IMG/VR virus record: IMGVR_UViG_3300022074_000050
Coordinates: 1-55,048 of that record
Length of the DNA stretch: 55,048 nucleotides
Reading direction: 5' to 3' (one strand)
Source: a virus
Lineage: Duplodnaviria > Caudoviricetes
Below are positions 16,832-27,583 of this stretch, in pieces. Each line of letters starts with the position of its first letter. Positions within the stretch are counted from its first letter, which is position 1. Under the pieces are notes generated by a model. The model was not told the origin of the DNA. It made no database searches and saw only the letters and a list, made by a program, of their open reading frames with translations. The position numbers and the translations under genes are program-made.

Positions 16832-18367
16832 TTAGTTCCTTGGTACGTTAGGCCGAAAGGCGTTTTGAAACGGTTGTACGTTCGTATCGAAATTAGTGAG
16901 ATCCATTATACCGTTAGATACTTGACCGCCCATGTTCTTTTTATCAGGGTTGTACGACATCCCGCCAGTAAACGGATTGCTATACATACCGCCAGTAAAC
17001 GGTTGATTTCGTTCGTTATATTCTTCAGGAGTAAACGGTTCGTCGTATGCACTGTAGCTAGGAGTAAATGTTTTTAAATATGATGTAAACGGATCTTGAC
17101 CTTGTCCTTCACGCTGCCCTTCAATAAGGCTCGCCATCGGGCTACCTCCTGGAAGGAACGAAGTACCAGAACTAAACTGAGACGTAGACCCTGTTCGTGG
17201 GCCGCTAGGCGCAGATGCTGCAAAATAGTTATTCAGCTCGTCTTTTGTATCAGAGATTTGTTGATTAACTGCGTCAGCTTCGTACTGAGAAGTAACGTCT
17301 TGGTATTTTGTTTCAAGCGCACCTAGTTGATCTGTTAAACCTTGAATAACAGAATCATAATCATTAGTCGTCGCTTCTGCTAATTGTTCAGGAGTAACGT
17401 ACTGACCTTCTTGTGGGAGATATGATTGTAATTGTTCAGGAGTAAGGTAGTTTTGGAACAAACTTTCTAAACCTTGCACCTGTTCTTGTGTTGCATATCC
17501 TGATAAATCGTCAGAAGTAAGATAACCAGACAAATCTATGTTCGGGTCATATTCCCCTAGCTGATTAGAAATTAAATCAGAAACCTGATCTTCGGTAAGT
17601 CTGCCTTCGTTAATTAAGTCTTGAACTTGTTCTTGTGTTAAACCTGCGGCGGCAGCGGTTTCTTGGGCGCTAGGCTCTTCCTCGGACTGGGCAGCAACTT
17701 CGCCTTCGACTAGTGCTAAAATCTGTTCTTCAGTAAGCAACCCTTGAGTATATAACTGAGCTAACTGATCTTCGCTAAGTTGATAGTTTTGAATAATTGC
17801 AAGAACTTGATCTTCGGTAAGCACCCCACCTGTAATAAGATCTTGAATTTCTTCAGCACTTAGTTCGGCGTTAGCTAATCGTCTAGCAAATTCTTCTTCT
17901 GCTGCAGCAACTCTAGCCGCCGCAGCTTCTGCTTCAGCAGCTCTAGCAGCTTCTGCTTCCGCAGCTCGCTCTTCCGCAGCCCTTCTAGCTGCGATTGCAC
18001 GGGCAATATCAGCTTCGTTATAGGTCGGCCCCATACCCTCAGACTGATCGTATCGAGCATAATCGTTACCGTATGCACCCTGCTCAACATTAAAGCCCAT
18101 CGCCTCAGAAGCTGAAGGGCCGTACAGATAATTAAACGCATCTACTTCTTCTGTAGTAGGAGAAGCAGTGTTAGTTACACGTTGCGGAGGGGCTTGACTA
18201 ACTGTATCGGCAACTACTGGGTTGTTTGCCATATATGCGGCAATACGTTCAGGGTCGATATTAATACTAAAATTACCAATATTGCCGCCACCGAACATTT
18301 TAGGAGGTTCGACTTCTTCAGTCGTTGGAAGTTGTGAGAGTGTTTTTGATTTATAAAAAACCGACAT
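16832..18367 (-). CDS. Putative internal virion protein, acidic, with LT(E/P)(D/E)Q repeats
   Basis: About 511 aa; repeated LSAEEI/LTEDQV/LSEDQL/LTEEQI/LTQEQV/LTPEQL units. Confidence 0.7.
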   Translation of the reverse strand: MSVFYKSKTLSQLPTTEEVEPPKMFGGGNIGNFSINIDPERIAAYMANNPVVADTVSQAPPQRVTNTASPTTEEVDAFNYLYGPSASEAMGFNVEQGAYGNDYARYDQSEGMGPTYNEADIARAIAARRAAEERAAEAEAARAAEAEAAAARVAAAEEEFARRLANAELSAEEIQDLITGGVLTEDQVLAIIQNYQLSEDQLAQLYTQGLLTEEQILALVEGEVAAQSEEEPSAQETAAAAGLTQEQVQDLINEGRLTEDQVSDLISNQLGEYDPNIDLSGYLTSDDLSGYATQEQVQGLESLFQNYLTPEQLQSYLPQEGQYVTPEQLAEATTNDYDSVIQGLTDQLGALETKYQDVTSQYEADAVNQQISDTKDELNNYFAASAPSGPRTGSTSQFSSGTSFLPGGSPMASLIEGQREGQGQDPFTSYLKTFTPSYSAYDEPFTPEEYNERNQPFTGGMYSNPFTGGMSYNPDKKNMGGQVSNGIMDLTNFDTNVQPFQNAFRPNVPRN

Positions 18368-21300
18368 CAAAATATCTCCTCAAGCAAACGGTATATTCGT
18401 TCAGGCATTTCTCTTTGCTCTTCTGTTAAACTAGACAGCTCATCTCTAATTCGCTCACGAGCAGTTTGGTCTTCTTCGCTACCTACGTTTGCTGATCGGC
18501 CTTGAGCAATAGCCGCAGTAACCTGATACATCGTAAGGGCTGGTAATTTTAACTGTTCTGCTCTTAAATATGCTTTTAGTTTTTTAGGATCGGAAACAAT
18601 CTGTCCTAAATAGCGTGCTTTAGCTTCGTCTAATTCTTCAGAAAACACGTCTCTAGCTATACCGATACGAGTGGCAGTTAAGTCTAAGGGGCCGAAGATC
18701 GCTCTACGCAATCTATCTATAGTCCCTCGTCCTGCAGGGGTACGACTTCTTATGTCTTCGACATTTTTTGTCGCCTGTTTGCCGGCATACGTTTCTAAAG
18801 GGTTTCCAGCAAACCCTCTCTGTTTATCCACCATTCTAGCTAAGATTCTAAGATCTTTCGCATATCTAAATGCTTCATCAGCCCCGACTATCGGCTCTAA
18901 AAACCTAGCAGCTTCAGCGTCAGTGTTGAACGGGGTGAGGATTAACTCTTCTAATCTCTTAATATCAAAAGAAGATTCAGGCCCAGCTGCGTCTAACATC
19001 CGTGTCCCGCGAGTCGTTCCTCTAAATTTAGTTCCTCGCAACCCTAACACGACATTTTCAGCAAAATACTCTTGTAACGCAGTTCTTAATTCTGGGTAAT
19101 CCTCTGCCATTTTGCCGAGGTTATTTACGAATCGACCCAGTTGAGTTTCTCGGATATTTTTTGCGCCCTGAGAGGACAGTGTAAAATACTGGTCTAACGC
19201 TTGCGTTAACGTGGGAAACCTACCTGTATCGTCAGCTAGTTTTTCAAGCTCTTTATTGATAGCGCGAACATTAGCTTGAGATTTAGTGATAGACTCTCTA
19301 GCGTTAGTTAAAAAGTCCCGATAGTTTTCAAATTTTACAAAATCTTCTGGGAATAATGCACGAAGCTGTTCTTCGTTTTTAGACATGATTGAGTTAAAGC
19401 GGTTACGGGCTGTGCCAACATCGACATTATCTACGTCAATCTCTCGTTGAACAGACTCTAAAACAGTTGATTTAATCGACTGTAATTTTTCTAACCCACC
19501 TTCTTGTCTACTAATAAATTCAACTAATGCTCTAACTTGTCCAGGGTTGGTAGTTCTAATAAATAAACCTATTTCAGATTCGTCTTTTTTAGCGATGTCT
19601 ACTAAAAACCGAGCAGATAGATCTCTTTGTTGGTCGGCAAGTTTCGTAGCAAGAATTTGATATTCACGACCAACTTCGTCGTAAACTCTTTCCATATTCT
19701 CTGGGGCTTTTTTGCCGGTCTGTACCTTATACATTTGACGAAAGTTATCGTCGATTGCATTATCAATGCTATCAATAAGTGCTTGGCCTTTTTCACGAAT
19801 AACTTTATTAGGGTGTCCAGATATCGCTGCGGATAAGTTTTCCCTAGTTAAAATTAGCTCTCGTTGAGTAAAGTCTCGTTGAGGTAAAAACTGTCCCCCC
19901 TCTCGACCCTGCCCTAATAGCATTTGGATACTTATTCCTTCAGTTTCTCGATTCGGCAAAATAGCTCTAATAAACTCTGCCGCTTCAGCTGCGTCTTCAG
20001 AGCCGAATACAATACCTTCTTGTTTATTAGCGTTTAAAAAATCTTCAAGAGCACCTTTTATATATTTAGGAAGTTTGACAGTCGCTTGGCTATCGTTATA
20101 TTGCTCTCTAGATAATATACCGTCTATTTGAGAACGGGTGCCGTCTAGTTCTTCACTGCGCTGAACAATAAGCCTTGATTTTCGATCAGGGAATGCTTGA
20201 CTTTGTGCTGTACTAACTTGTTCTTGAATGTTTTCTGCAGCTTGTTGTCTTCCAGCTCGAGAAGTATCTAACGCAAATGCTTGCCCTAATTGCTGATTAG
20301 CCATATTTTCGGCTAATGCTCGTTCTTCTTCTGAAAGCTCGCTAACTAATTTCTGACTACGAATACCAGTAAAAACATCGTTTAATGTTTCTTTAGTAAT
20401 TCCTAAATCTTCAGCCTCTCTAGGATTGAGACCCGATTTTCTTAAAATATCAGTATAAAACTGTTCTAACAACGAAGAGTTTGACCTATGGAAATCTTCT
20501 AATTTTCCAGCTATGGGCATTTCTAAAGCAATTTCCGACATCAATTCTTCAAACGCTATGATTTGTTCGTTATCAGACATTTGTCCAAGAGTTTGAGCTT
20601 GCTGCCTAATTCTCCTTGCTGCTTCTGTAGAACCTTCTTGGGTAATTCTTATAATTTCTGCAGGAGTTAGTTCGTCAAATTGTTCAGCGAAACCAGTTTC
20701 TTCTTGAACAACTTCAGTAATTCTTCGACGCATTTCGGGAGTCGTTTCCTCAGGAAGCGCGTCTGCATCACCGTTATTAACTCGACGAATTTTATCGCCT
20801 AATACTCTTGCTTCGACCATCATTGTATCAATTATTTCACTAGATACTGGTCGACCAGTCAATTTAGACCACATAGCCCCAAGGCTTCTAAGGAATGCGT
20901 CTCCTCCTGCACCATACATAAGTGCCGCTTTGAATACGGCCCCCGAATCTTCTGCTGCTCTTTCAAAAGTTAGGTCAGGCTGTACGTTGCCGCCTGCTTC
21001 GGTTGCACCTAAAGCAAGTTGTCCAAATCGTATAAGAGTTTCAGTGCCAGCTACTCCGAGTGCTGTAGCTCCAACTTCAACCACTGCCTTACCGAACCTA
21101 GATTCAGGTAATCTGTAAAGAGCTTCGCCTTCATCTATATCGGTAGCTTTTCTTTGCAGTCTTTGCTGGATTCTGTTTTTAGCTACTTTACCAGCTACGT
21201 TTGTAAGAAAACCACCAGCCGCGATTCCCGCGCCTTCTTGCGCTCCAAATTTAGCAAGTTCCCGTAACGCAGGAGAGATGTCGCCTTCTAATGCTTCTTC

Positions 21301-22164
21301 AACAGGCTGTACATTAGCTACAGGGAGCCATGCGTAATCCCCACGCTCTTCGTCAAAAGGATTAAATTTACTTTTAACGATTAACCCGTCTTGAGGATTA
21401 CGAGGGTTAATTAATTCAACTTCGGCTTCGGGGTCAAATTTCCGAATAATGTTTTTATATTCTGTCGGAGTCGGAAAAACAGGGGAAACGCCCGAACGAT
21501 AAAAATAATCAGAATCAATAGGGGCGAACTCTTCATAAGAGTTTTCAACGTAGCGGGGGTTTACTCCTCGTAAAACTGACGCTTCTCGTTGAGCCTCATT
21601 AGTTTCAAACGATAGCCCTCGAATAGCTTCGGCCCCCCGAATAAGGCCGTAACCAAGAAGGCCGCTGCTAACTTGCATAGCTGGAGGAACTAGCGGCTCC
21701 TCATCTTGTTCTCGTTTTTCATAGTCAGTAGAGACTAGGGCTTGATCTCTGTTCCTACCAATACGCGCATGCATTTCGCTGTAGATAGGCTCGACTGCTT
21801 CAAAGTCAGAGCGCAGCTTATCAACGTTCACGCCTAGTTCGTCTTGAACTTGTTGTAATCTCTCAGGGTCGTTTAAAACTTGTTCTAATGTCGCTGCGAA
21901 ACGGAAAAAGTCGGGATTAGATAACGCGACCTTTTGTTTTCCCTGCCCTGTTTGAACTTCTTGAACTACATTTGCCCTTGGGCCACCTGAATCTAATATC
22001 TGTTTAGGAGTATAAGCTCGGATATTACCTTCACTATCGCGATAACGTGAATTTATTTCGCCTTCCGAATCTAAATACGCATCTATGCCTGCTTCAGTAG
22101 CGATCGTTCCAAAAACGTCGGACTCATAAAACGGGTCTTTTGTAAGTAAGAATTCACTAGACAT
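18367..22164 (-). CDS. Large putative internal virion/ejection protein
   Basis: 1265 aa, helical-looking, central hydrophobic Gly/Ala segments; position after tail genes. Confidence 0.65.
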   Translation of the reverse strand: MSSEFLLTKDPFYESDVFGTIATEAGIDAYLDSEGEINSRYRDSEGNIRAYTPKQILDSGGPRANVVQEVQTGQGKQKVALSNPDFFRFAATLEQVLNDPERLQQVQDELGVNVDKLRSDFEAVEPIYSEMHARIGRNRDQALVSTDYEKREQDEEPLVPPAMQVSSGLLGYGLIRGAEAIRGLSFETNEAQREASVLRGVNPRYVENSYEEFAPIDSDYFYRSGVSPVFPTPTEYKNIIRKFDPEAEVELINPRNPQDGLIVKSKFNPFDEERGDYAWLPVANVQPVEEALEGDISPALRELAKFGAQEGAGIAAGGFLTNVAGKVAKNRIQQRLQRKATDIDEGEALYRLPESRFGKAVVEVGATALGVAGTETLIRFGQLALGATEAGGNVQPDLTFERAAEDSGAVFKAALMYGAGGDAFLRSLGAMWSKLTGRPVSSEIIDTMMVEARVLGDKIRRVNNGDADALPEETTPEMRRRITEVVQEETGFAEQFDELTPAEIIRITQEGSTEAARRIRQQAQTLGQMSDNEQIIAFEELMSEIALEMPIAGKLEDFHRSNSSLLEQFYTDILRKSGLNPREAEDLGITKETLNDVFTGIRSQKLVSELSEEERALAENMANQQLGQAFALDTSRAGRQQAAENIQEQVSTAQSQAFPDRKSRLIVQRSEELDGTRSQIDGILSREQYNDSQATVKLPKYIKGALEDFLNANKQEGIVFGSEDAAEAAEFIRAILPNRETEGISIQMLLGQGREGGQFLPQRDFTQRELILTRENLSAAISGHPNKVIREKGQALIDSIDNAIDDNFRQMYKVQTGKKAPENMERVYDEVGREYQILATKLADQQRDLSARFLVDIAKKDESEIGLFIRTTNPGQVRALVEFISRQEGGLEKLQSIKSTVLESVQREIDVDNVDVGTARNRFNSIMSKNEEQLRALFPEDFVKFENYRDFLTNARESITKSQANVRAINKELEKLADDTGRFPTLTQALDQYFTLSSQGAKNIRETQLGRFVNNLGKMAEDYPELRTALQEYFAENVVLGLRGTKFRGTTRGTRMLDAAGPESSFDIKRLEELILTPFNTDAEAARFLEPIVGADEAFRYAKDLRILARMVDKQRGFAGNPLETYAGKQATKNVEDIRSRTPAGRGTIDRLRRAIFGPLDLTATRIGIARDVFSEELDEAKARYLGQIVSDPKKLKAYLRAEQLKLPALTMYQVTAAIAQGRSANVGSEEDQTARERIRDELSSLTEEQREMPERIYRLLEEIF

Positions 22165-22166
22165 AG

Positions 22167-24467
22167 TTATTTGCTCTGGCTCTGTACCCGTTCACTAAAC
22201 GTGCCTGTAGTATTAACTCCTCCTGGAGTTTTTACTGCAGCGCGATTACGAGCGCGAGATGGAGCGGTGCTTCGTTTTCCAGGAGTTTGGCCAGTTCGTA
22301 AATTATATTTTAACATACCTAAATATCGACCGAACTTACCGAACTCTGGGTCTTCGCCTCTGAGTATTTCTCTGGCAACTGTTGCAGGTAAAAACATTTG
22401 GAGTTTTGGATCGTAAATAAAAGTATTCGTTCCAGCGCCACCTACATTTCTTTGCGCATCTCCTCTTATTTTCCTGCGTAATCTAGCTATTTCTGTAGGA
22501 TCTTCAGAATTATAAAGTCTGTCAAGATCTGAATCTGGGCCAGTATCTAAATTATATCTAGCTGCAAAATCATCTCGAATATTTTCTAAAGTACTAGTTT
22601 GTTCTGCAGGAGACATCTTTTCTAGCAGCTCTACTTTTCGCAGCGTAGAAGAACCCGCAAATTCTCTATCAACATTTCTAATCGCGTCGAAAATAGCACC
22701 ACCTAATTTATCTACAACTACAGAAGGGGCACCGTCTTCAAAACCCATTGTTTGTAGGTTTAAAGCTACGTCTCTATCAGAAATCCTCGATAGCGACTCA
22801 CCTCTAGCAGTAGCCATTAAAAACGCTAAACGGATTTGTGCAGCACCGTAAAATCCAGTGTCTTGAAGATATTCATCTAATGCTTTTCTATCTAAATTAA
22901 GCCAACTTGTCTTGCTATCCGCATCTTTTGAAGTAGTGCTGTTTCTAATGGTCAGTAGGTCATCTACTAACATTGATCGTGTATTTCTTATATCCGTAGG
23001 ATCGGTGCTTTCTAAAGCGGCCTGATACGCACCTAAAGTACCAGAAAGTTGTACAGCTCCTGCACCAGCATCTGGGTCTACATTTCTATTTATAAATTCA
23101 TCAAAAACAGACGTTTGGTCAGCTCCTTCCATACCGTATATCTGGGCCATTTTTGAACCGAACATTCTGATATTTCTATCAAAAACATCAGTTAAGTTTG
23201 CAGCATACTCAGTAGAACCTGTCGTAATACTTTCGTCTAAACCTACGATGTTTCCGTTTTCGTCTCTTACTAAATCACCATTTTCGTCTACAGACGCACC
23301 TGCCATACCTAAACGGTCAAAAATCTGAGTAGCTAAAGCAACGAGATTACGAGTGCCGTTTCTGCGTAACACATAATTATCTAATTTATTCTGCTGATTC
23401 GTTTTTAATCTTCCAGGAACGGCTCGTTCGGTTGTTAAATCAACGCTTGAAACTAAGTTATATCCTTCTTGTTTCATTTGGGCGACAGTTTTATATGTTC
23501 CGTCGTCTTGCAATACTCGTCTTTCTATTATCCTTTGTCCAGTTTTAGGATCCATAGCGTTAACTAAACTTACTTCGTAAAGTTGTCCGTCAGTTTTCCC
23601 GCCTGAATCTTGGAAAGTTTCGGTTTTAACTTCTGCTATTTCTCCGTCTAGCAAAGTTAGGTCAGTGTTGCGGTAATACTGACCTTTAGGAACAACTTCG
23701 TTAGTACCTTGTTGTTTATCAAATCGAGTATCTCCACGACTTTCAACCCAAGTCACCCCGTTTTCATCACGAAGTGCTCTAGTTTGATATCCTTCGAGCT
23801 TGCCGTCTACATCTTTCCAACCATTAACCGTAACTGAGGTAAGTTTGGGGTCTACTTTGGCAAATTCAGAAGCCCGACTTTGGCTTCTTCGTATAGCTGC
23901 ATCTATTTCTGACCGTTCTGTAGCTGCATCTAATTTTCTAGCTGCGTTTGCTGCGCTAATAAACGCGCCTGCAGAACCGTCGTCTTCGTCTCCTGCTAGT
24001 GCCAGAGCAGGAGCGAACTGTAGTAATGAGCTGGCTAAATTCCCCAACCCTGTTTTCCTTTCTGTGCCGATTTGCGGGAGAGAATTAGAAATTTCCGCTA
24101 ATCGTTGGTTTCTTATTCTTTGCCTAAGTTCTTCTGGGCTAAGTCCTTCGCCAGCAGCTATATCTTCAGGCACGCCCATGTCAGGAACTTGCGCTGAAAC
24201 TGCCGTGGGATCTGGTTTAAAAAACTTATCCTCTAAGCCCGTTATTGAACCTAAACCTTTTAATGCAGCGTCTGCTGCAAACGGCGCAGCTGTACCTAAC
24301 AGCGCACCAAGGATCTGTTTTTTAGGATCTTTTTCGTCGCGCTGCGTTTGTCGTCGAGGCGTAGGCGCAAACTGCACTGAGCGAACAGGCGTAACTTTAG
24401 GGGCTTGGACTAAATTAGCAATACCGCCACCACCACCGCCGATATTAAAACCGAAATTATTCGCCAC
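22167..24467 (-). CDS. Putative internal virion/ejection protein
   Basis: 766 aa; context among ejection-type genes. Confidence 0.65.
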   Translation of the reverse strand: MANNFGFNIGGGGGGIANLVQAPKVTPVRSVQFAPTPRRQTQRDEKDPKKQILGALLGTAAPFAADAALKGLGSITGLEDKFFKPDPTAVSAQVPDMGVPEDIAAGEGLSPEELRQRIRNQRLAEISNSLPQIGTERKTGLGNLASSLLQFAPALALAGDEDDGSAGAFISAANAARKLDAATERSEIDAAIRRSQSRASEFAKVDPKLTSVTVNGWKDVDGKLEGYQTRALRDENGVTWVESRGDTRFDKQQGTNEVVPKGQYYRNTDLTLLDGEIAEVKTETFQDSGGKTDGQLYEVSLVNAMDPKTGQRIIERRVLQDDGTYKTVAQMKQEGYNLVSSVDLTTERAVPGRLKTNQQNKLDNYVLRRNGTRNLVALATQIFDRLGMAGASVDENGDLVRDENGNIVGLDESITTGSTEYAANLTDVFDRNIRMFGSKMAQIYGMEGADQTSVFDEFINRNVDPDAGAGAVQLSGTLGAYQAALESTDPTDIRNTRSMLVDDLLTIRNSTTSKDADSKTSWLNLDRKALDEYLQDTGFYGAAQIRLAFLMATARGESLSRISDRDVALNLQTMGFEDGAPSVVVDKLGGAIFDAIRNVDREFAGSSTLRKVELLEKMSPAEQTSTLENIRDDFAARYNLDTGPDSDLDRLYNSEDPTEIARLRRKIRGDAQRNVGGAGTNTFIYDPKLQMFLPATVAREILRGEDPEFGKFGRYLGMLKYNLRTGQTPGKRSTAPSRARNRAAVKTPGGVNTTGTFSERVQSQSK

Positions 24468-24468
24468 G

Positions 24469-26358
24469 TTATGCCCCTAATTTACGGGATGCCATCGGGA
24501 ATCGAGGATTAATAGCCCCGCCCATATTTTTCTTAGCTGGAGTAAACCCCATCTTGCGTACTACTTCAGGTGCTTTTCGCGATAATGCCGCTAATCCTTT
24601 GTTACCTTGAGGTATAACGCGACCGCCGTCCTCCATTCCATAAGCAGGATAAGAATAATTACTTCCTGTAAAAGTACCTGCTGTTCCATATCCGCTAAAC
24701 GGTGTTGCTTGGCTAGTTCCAGAATATCCCGTACCCCCAGCTAACGGGCCAGCACCAGTTAAGAAGTTTGCGTAACCCGACATTAACTGTTGCGGCATAT
24801 TATATTGACCAACAAAGTTTTGATAATTTAAATCTAAACCAGCTTGATTTCTAGCGCGGTTCATCGCACCGATATTCATCATCGAACCAACATCGCCTTG
24901 ACGGAAGCCTTGTTCAGCACCAGCTAATCCTTGATAAGCGCCAGCAGCTCCTGTTTGCGCTCCAGATAATTGTCCAGCTAAACCAGATAATCCCGACGAA
25001 GCTCCTGCTCCCATATCGTAAAACTGTCGGCCTGCACCTGTACCCATACCGTACAGTTCTGAGCCAGCTCCCGACAATGCGCCTGCTGTGCCCATTTTAG
25101 CACCGTAACCAGTTTGACCGATATTACTCAGGTTAGTACCTAGCCCCGAGCGATAACCAGACCGTTGAGAACCTAAAGCACCGACAGTACCTGCGAGACG
25201 CTCTCGGCTTCCGCCCATTGCACCACCTAATCCAGCAATCTCGGCTCCCGAACCACGGTAAGATGAACCTCGTTGACCAGCGGTTCCCGCTAGTAGCTGG
25301 GCTAATCCTGACTCCGCGCCTCCTGCCTGCGCACCTAAGCCAGCTGTCATGCCTGCCGCACCTGCTTCAGCGGCTCTAGCCCTACCAAACTCTCCCATCG
25401 CAGCGTCACGAGAACTCTGATAGCCTTGGCTACGCAATGCGCCAACAGCTTCCATCATTCCACGGTTCGCGGCTATATCTGATTCTTCTTGTCCTAATCG
25501 ACTGCGAGAACCACCAAACGCTCCTGAACCAATTTCACTAGCCCGCCTACCGATATCGCTTTGAGCTTGTCCCTTTTGAATATCTTTAATAGTCTGTTGT
25601 ACAACTGCATCTTCATATGGATTCATATACGAAGAAACAGAAGACGGATCAAATCCTGCAGTGCTTGCGCGAGTTTGTTGCAGAGCTTCTTCTAAATACG
25701 GACTCTGGGCAGATACTCCTCGACGGGCAGCTTGGTCAGCGGCACTTAAACCACTTATTTCTGCTTCGCGACCTTGTCGTACTCCTGCAATACCTTCTTT
25801 ATAAAAAGGATCGGTTATTGCTTGACCTTCGCGAGCAATACGCTCTGCTTCAGAAGCGTAATCTAACCCTTCTCGTTCTGCTCCACGAAAAGAACCTTCT
25901 GCTTGGCGAAGACGACCCATAAGCCCTTGTTCTGCTTCAGAAGTTTTATCTATACTTCGACCTAGGAAATCAGTTCCTTGTTGTAGCCCTGTACGGGTAT
26001 AGTCTTCGCCTTGTTGTTGTGCTCGAAGTAGTGCGGCTTTAGCTTCTGCGCTGCCGCCTGCGATCGTAGCTAATGCTTCTTCGGTTAATCCTTTAGCGCG
26101 AGAAAGATACGGAGCGTATGCGCCAATACCTTGATCAGCAAGTTGCATTGCGTATTCTTCTCTAGGAGAAAATTCTGCAATACGATCCCCTGTATAAGTA
26201 AACGGATTAGTATCCGCTCCACCTAAATTTTCAAATTGGCTACGGTAGTACGCCTCAACTTGAGGCATAAGACCAAAACGATTCCCTGACCCCATAAGGA
26301 GGTTATAGATATTTTGATCGGGAGCCTGATAACTATATGCAGTATCGTTTTCAGCCAT
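24469..26358 (-). CDS. Gly/Ala/Gln-rich DNA pilot/ejection-type protein
   Basis: YMNPY...GAFGGSR signature; long low-complexity helical repeats. Confidence 0.7.
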   Translation of the reverse strand: MAENDTAYSYQAPDQNIYNLLMGSGNRFGLMPQVEAYYRSQFENLGGADTNPFTYTGDRIAEFSPREEYAMQLADQGIGAYAPYLSRAKGLTEEALATIAGGSAEAKAALLRAQQQGEDYTRTGLQQGTDFLGRSIDKTSEAEQGLMGRLRQAEGSFRGAEREGLDYASEAERIAREGQAITDPFYKEGIAGVRQGREAEISGLSAADQAARRGVSAQSPYLEEALQQTRASTAGFDPSSVSSYMNPYEDAVVQQTIKDIQKGQAQSDIGRRASEIGSGAFGGSRSRLGQEESDIAANRGMMEAVGALRSQGYQSSRDAAMGEFGRARAAEAGAAGMTAGLGAQAGGAESGLAQLLAGTAGQRGSSYRGSGAEIAGLGGAMGGSRERLAGTVGALGSQRSGYRSGLGTNLSNIGQTGYGAKMGTAGALSGAGSELYGMGTGAGRQFYDMGAGASSGLSGLAGQLSGAQTGAAGAYQGLAGAEQGFRQGDVGSMMNIGAMNRARNQAGLDLNYQNFVGQYNMPQQLMSGYANFLTGAGPLAGGTGYSGTSQATPFSGYGTAGTFTGSNYSYPAYGMEDGGRVIPQGNKGLAALSRKAPEVVRKMGFTPAKKNMGGAINPRFPMASRKLGA

Positions 26359-26360
26359 GA

Positions 26361-27311
26361 TTATTTACCAAAGTTAACTTTATCAAGAGCCGCGATTCCT
26401 TTATCGAAATCACCGCCACCTATATTTTTTACGCCTTGATGTGAAACAACGTATTCTTTATCGCTCGCCCATATCGGTACTAAGTCTTCTTTTGGGCCTC
26501 CAGGCCCATCAACTTCGCCGCCATCTAAAAACAATTTACGGCCTAAAACGCTACCACCATCTTCCATACCAATACGTTGACTACGGACAGTTCCTGGCTG
26601 AAACCTTGGGCGCGGAGCACGAACAGGGACACTCCTTTTACGATCACTACCCCCACCAAGAGCTTGCCCAAGAATTTTACCAATATCTTGACCTGAAGAC
26701 ATAAGCTGTTTAGCAACTAAAGGGTTTTCATCTAAATACTTTTGAAACTTTTCTAAGCGAGTAGGATCAGGACTTGGGTCAACGCTCGCTAAATCTGGAG
26801 AAGCAACGTCTAAAGTAACCTCCCCTAAACCCTCTCCAGCTGTTCGTACTCCTTCAGAGCTTATTGTTACAGGAGAGTTTACTGCTTCGACTGCAGCGGC
26901 AGAACTATCTGCTGCCCCACTAGCTGCTTCCGCCCCACCACTAGTAAAAACATCCGCGATACTACTACCGACATTACCGATTCCTTCTATAGCAGAAGAA
27001 CCAAGGTTCTGTAGAATCTCTGCTATAGCTGTAAGACCTCCAGTAAACATCTCTGGAGGATTACTTTGTAATGGCTCATCAACACGTTTACGGTATTCGT
27101 CATTAAGAGCGTTAACTAATCGTTCACCACCAAGATTCCCGATTCCCGTATTCGCACCGTAAGTTGCGTAACGGTTGAGAATGTCCATCGTAACGTCGCG
27201 GGGTAGCCCAATATCTTCGCCTTGCTCCATAAATTTAGTAGCGTTAGATTCAGAATTCATCATAGAGCTAACTAGTGAACTCGTTTGATCTTCGTCGAAT
27301 ATCCTACTCAT
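26361..27311 (-). CDS. Putative virion protein with C-terminal GGxVxGPG..D.VP..EYVV module
   Basis: 316 aa; LDGGEVDGPGGPKEDLVPIWASDKEYVV. Confidence 0.7.
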   Translation of the reverse strand: MSRIFDEDQTSSLVSSMMNSESNATKFMEQGEDIGLPRDVTMDILNRYATYGANTGIGNLGGERLVNALNDEYRKRVDEPLQSNPPEMFTGGLTAIAEILQNLGSSAIEGIGNVGSSIADVFTSGGAEAASGAADSSAAAVEAVNSPVTISSEGVRTAGEGLGEVTLDVASPDLASVDPSPDPTRLEKFQKYLDENPLVAKQLMSSGQDIGKILGQALGGGSDRKRSVPVRAPRPRFQPGTVRSQRIGMEDGGSVLGRKLFLDGGEVDGPGGPKEDLVPIWASDKEYVVSHQGVKNIGGGDFDKGIAALDKVNFGK

Positions 27312-27583
27312 GAAGTTTTCTTCTTAGCTGGTTTCTTTTTAGCTTTAGAGCCTTTCATAATATCTTTGTCAACTGTAGCCGCTTTACCGCCTGTAAGCAC
27401 AGAATTCACACGGGCCATCGCCCACTGATGCTGCGATGTTCCAGGACGGTGGCCTGTCTTATACGCAGCTAATCCACGTTTATAGACGCGAGAGAGTTGA
27501 CCAGCGGTTACTTTTTTGCCTTTTTTACGAGCAGCTTCCGCTTTATTAGACAGTGCCTTTTTCGTTTTATCGGAAAGACTCAT
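27308..27583 (-). CDS. Small basic protein resembling the C-terminal half of DUF5824
   Basis: VYKRGLAAYKTGHRPGTSQHQWAMARVNS. Confidence 0.7.
   Translation of the reverse strand: MSLSDKTKKALSNKAEAARKKGKKVTAGQLSRVYKRGLAAYKTGHRPGTSQHQWAMARVNSVLTGGKAATVDKDIMKGSKAKKKPAKKKTS

Noticed and set aside
18367-22164. Tape measure protein or virion RNA polymerase
   Set aside because: No polymerase motifs recognised and no tail tube/chaperone context; an ejection-protein role fits better
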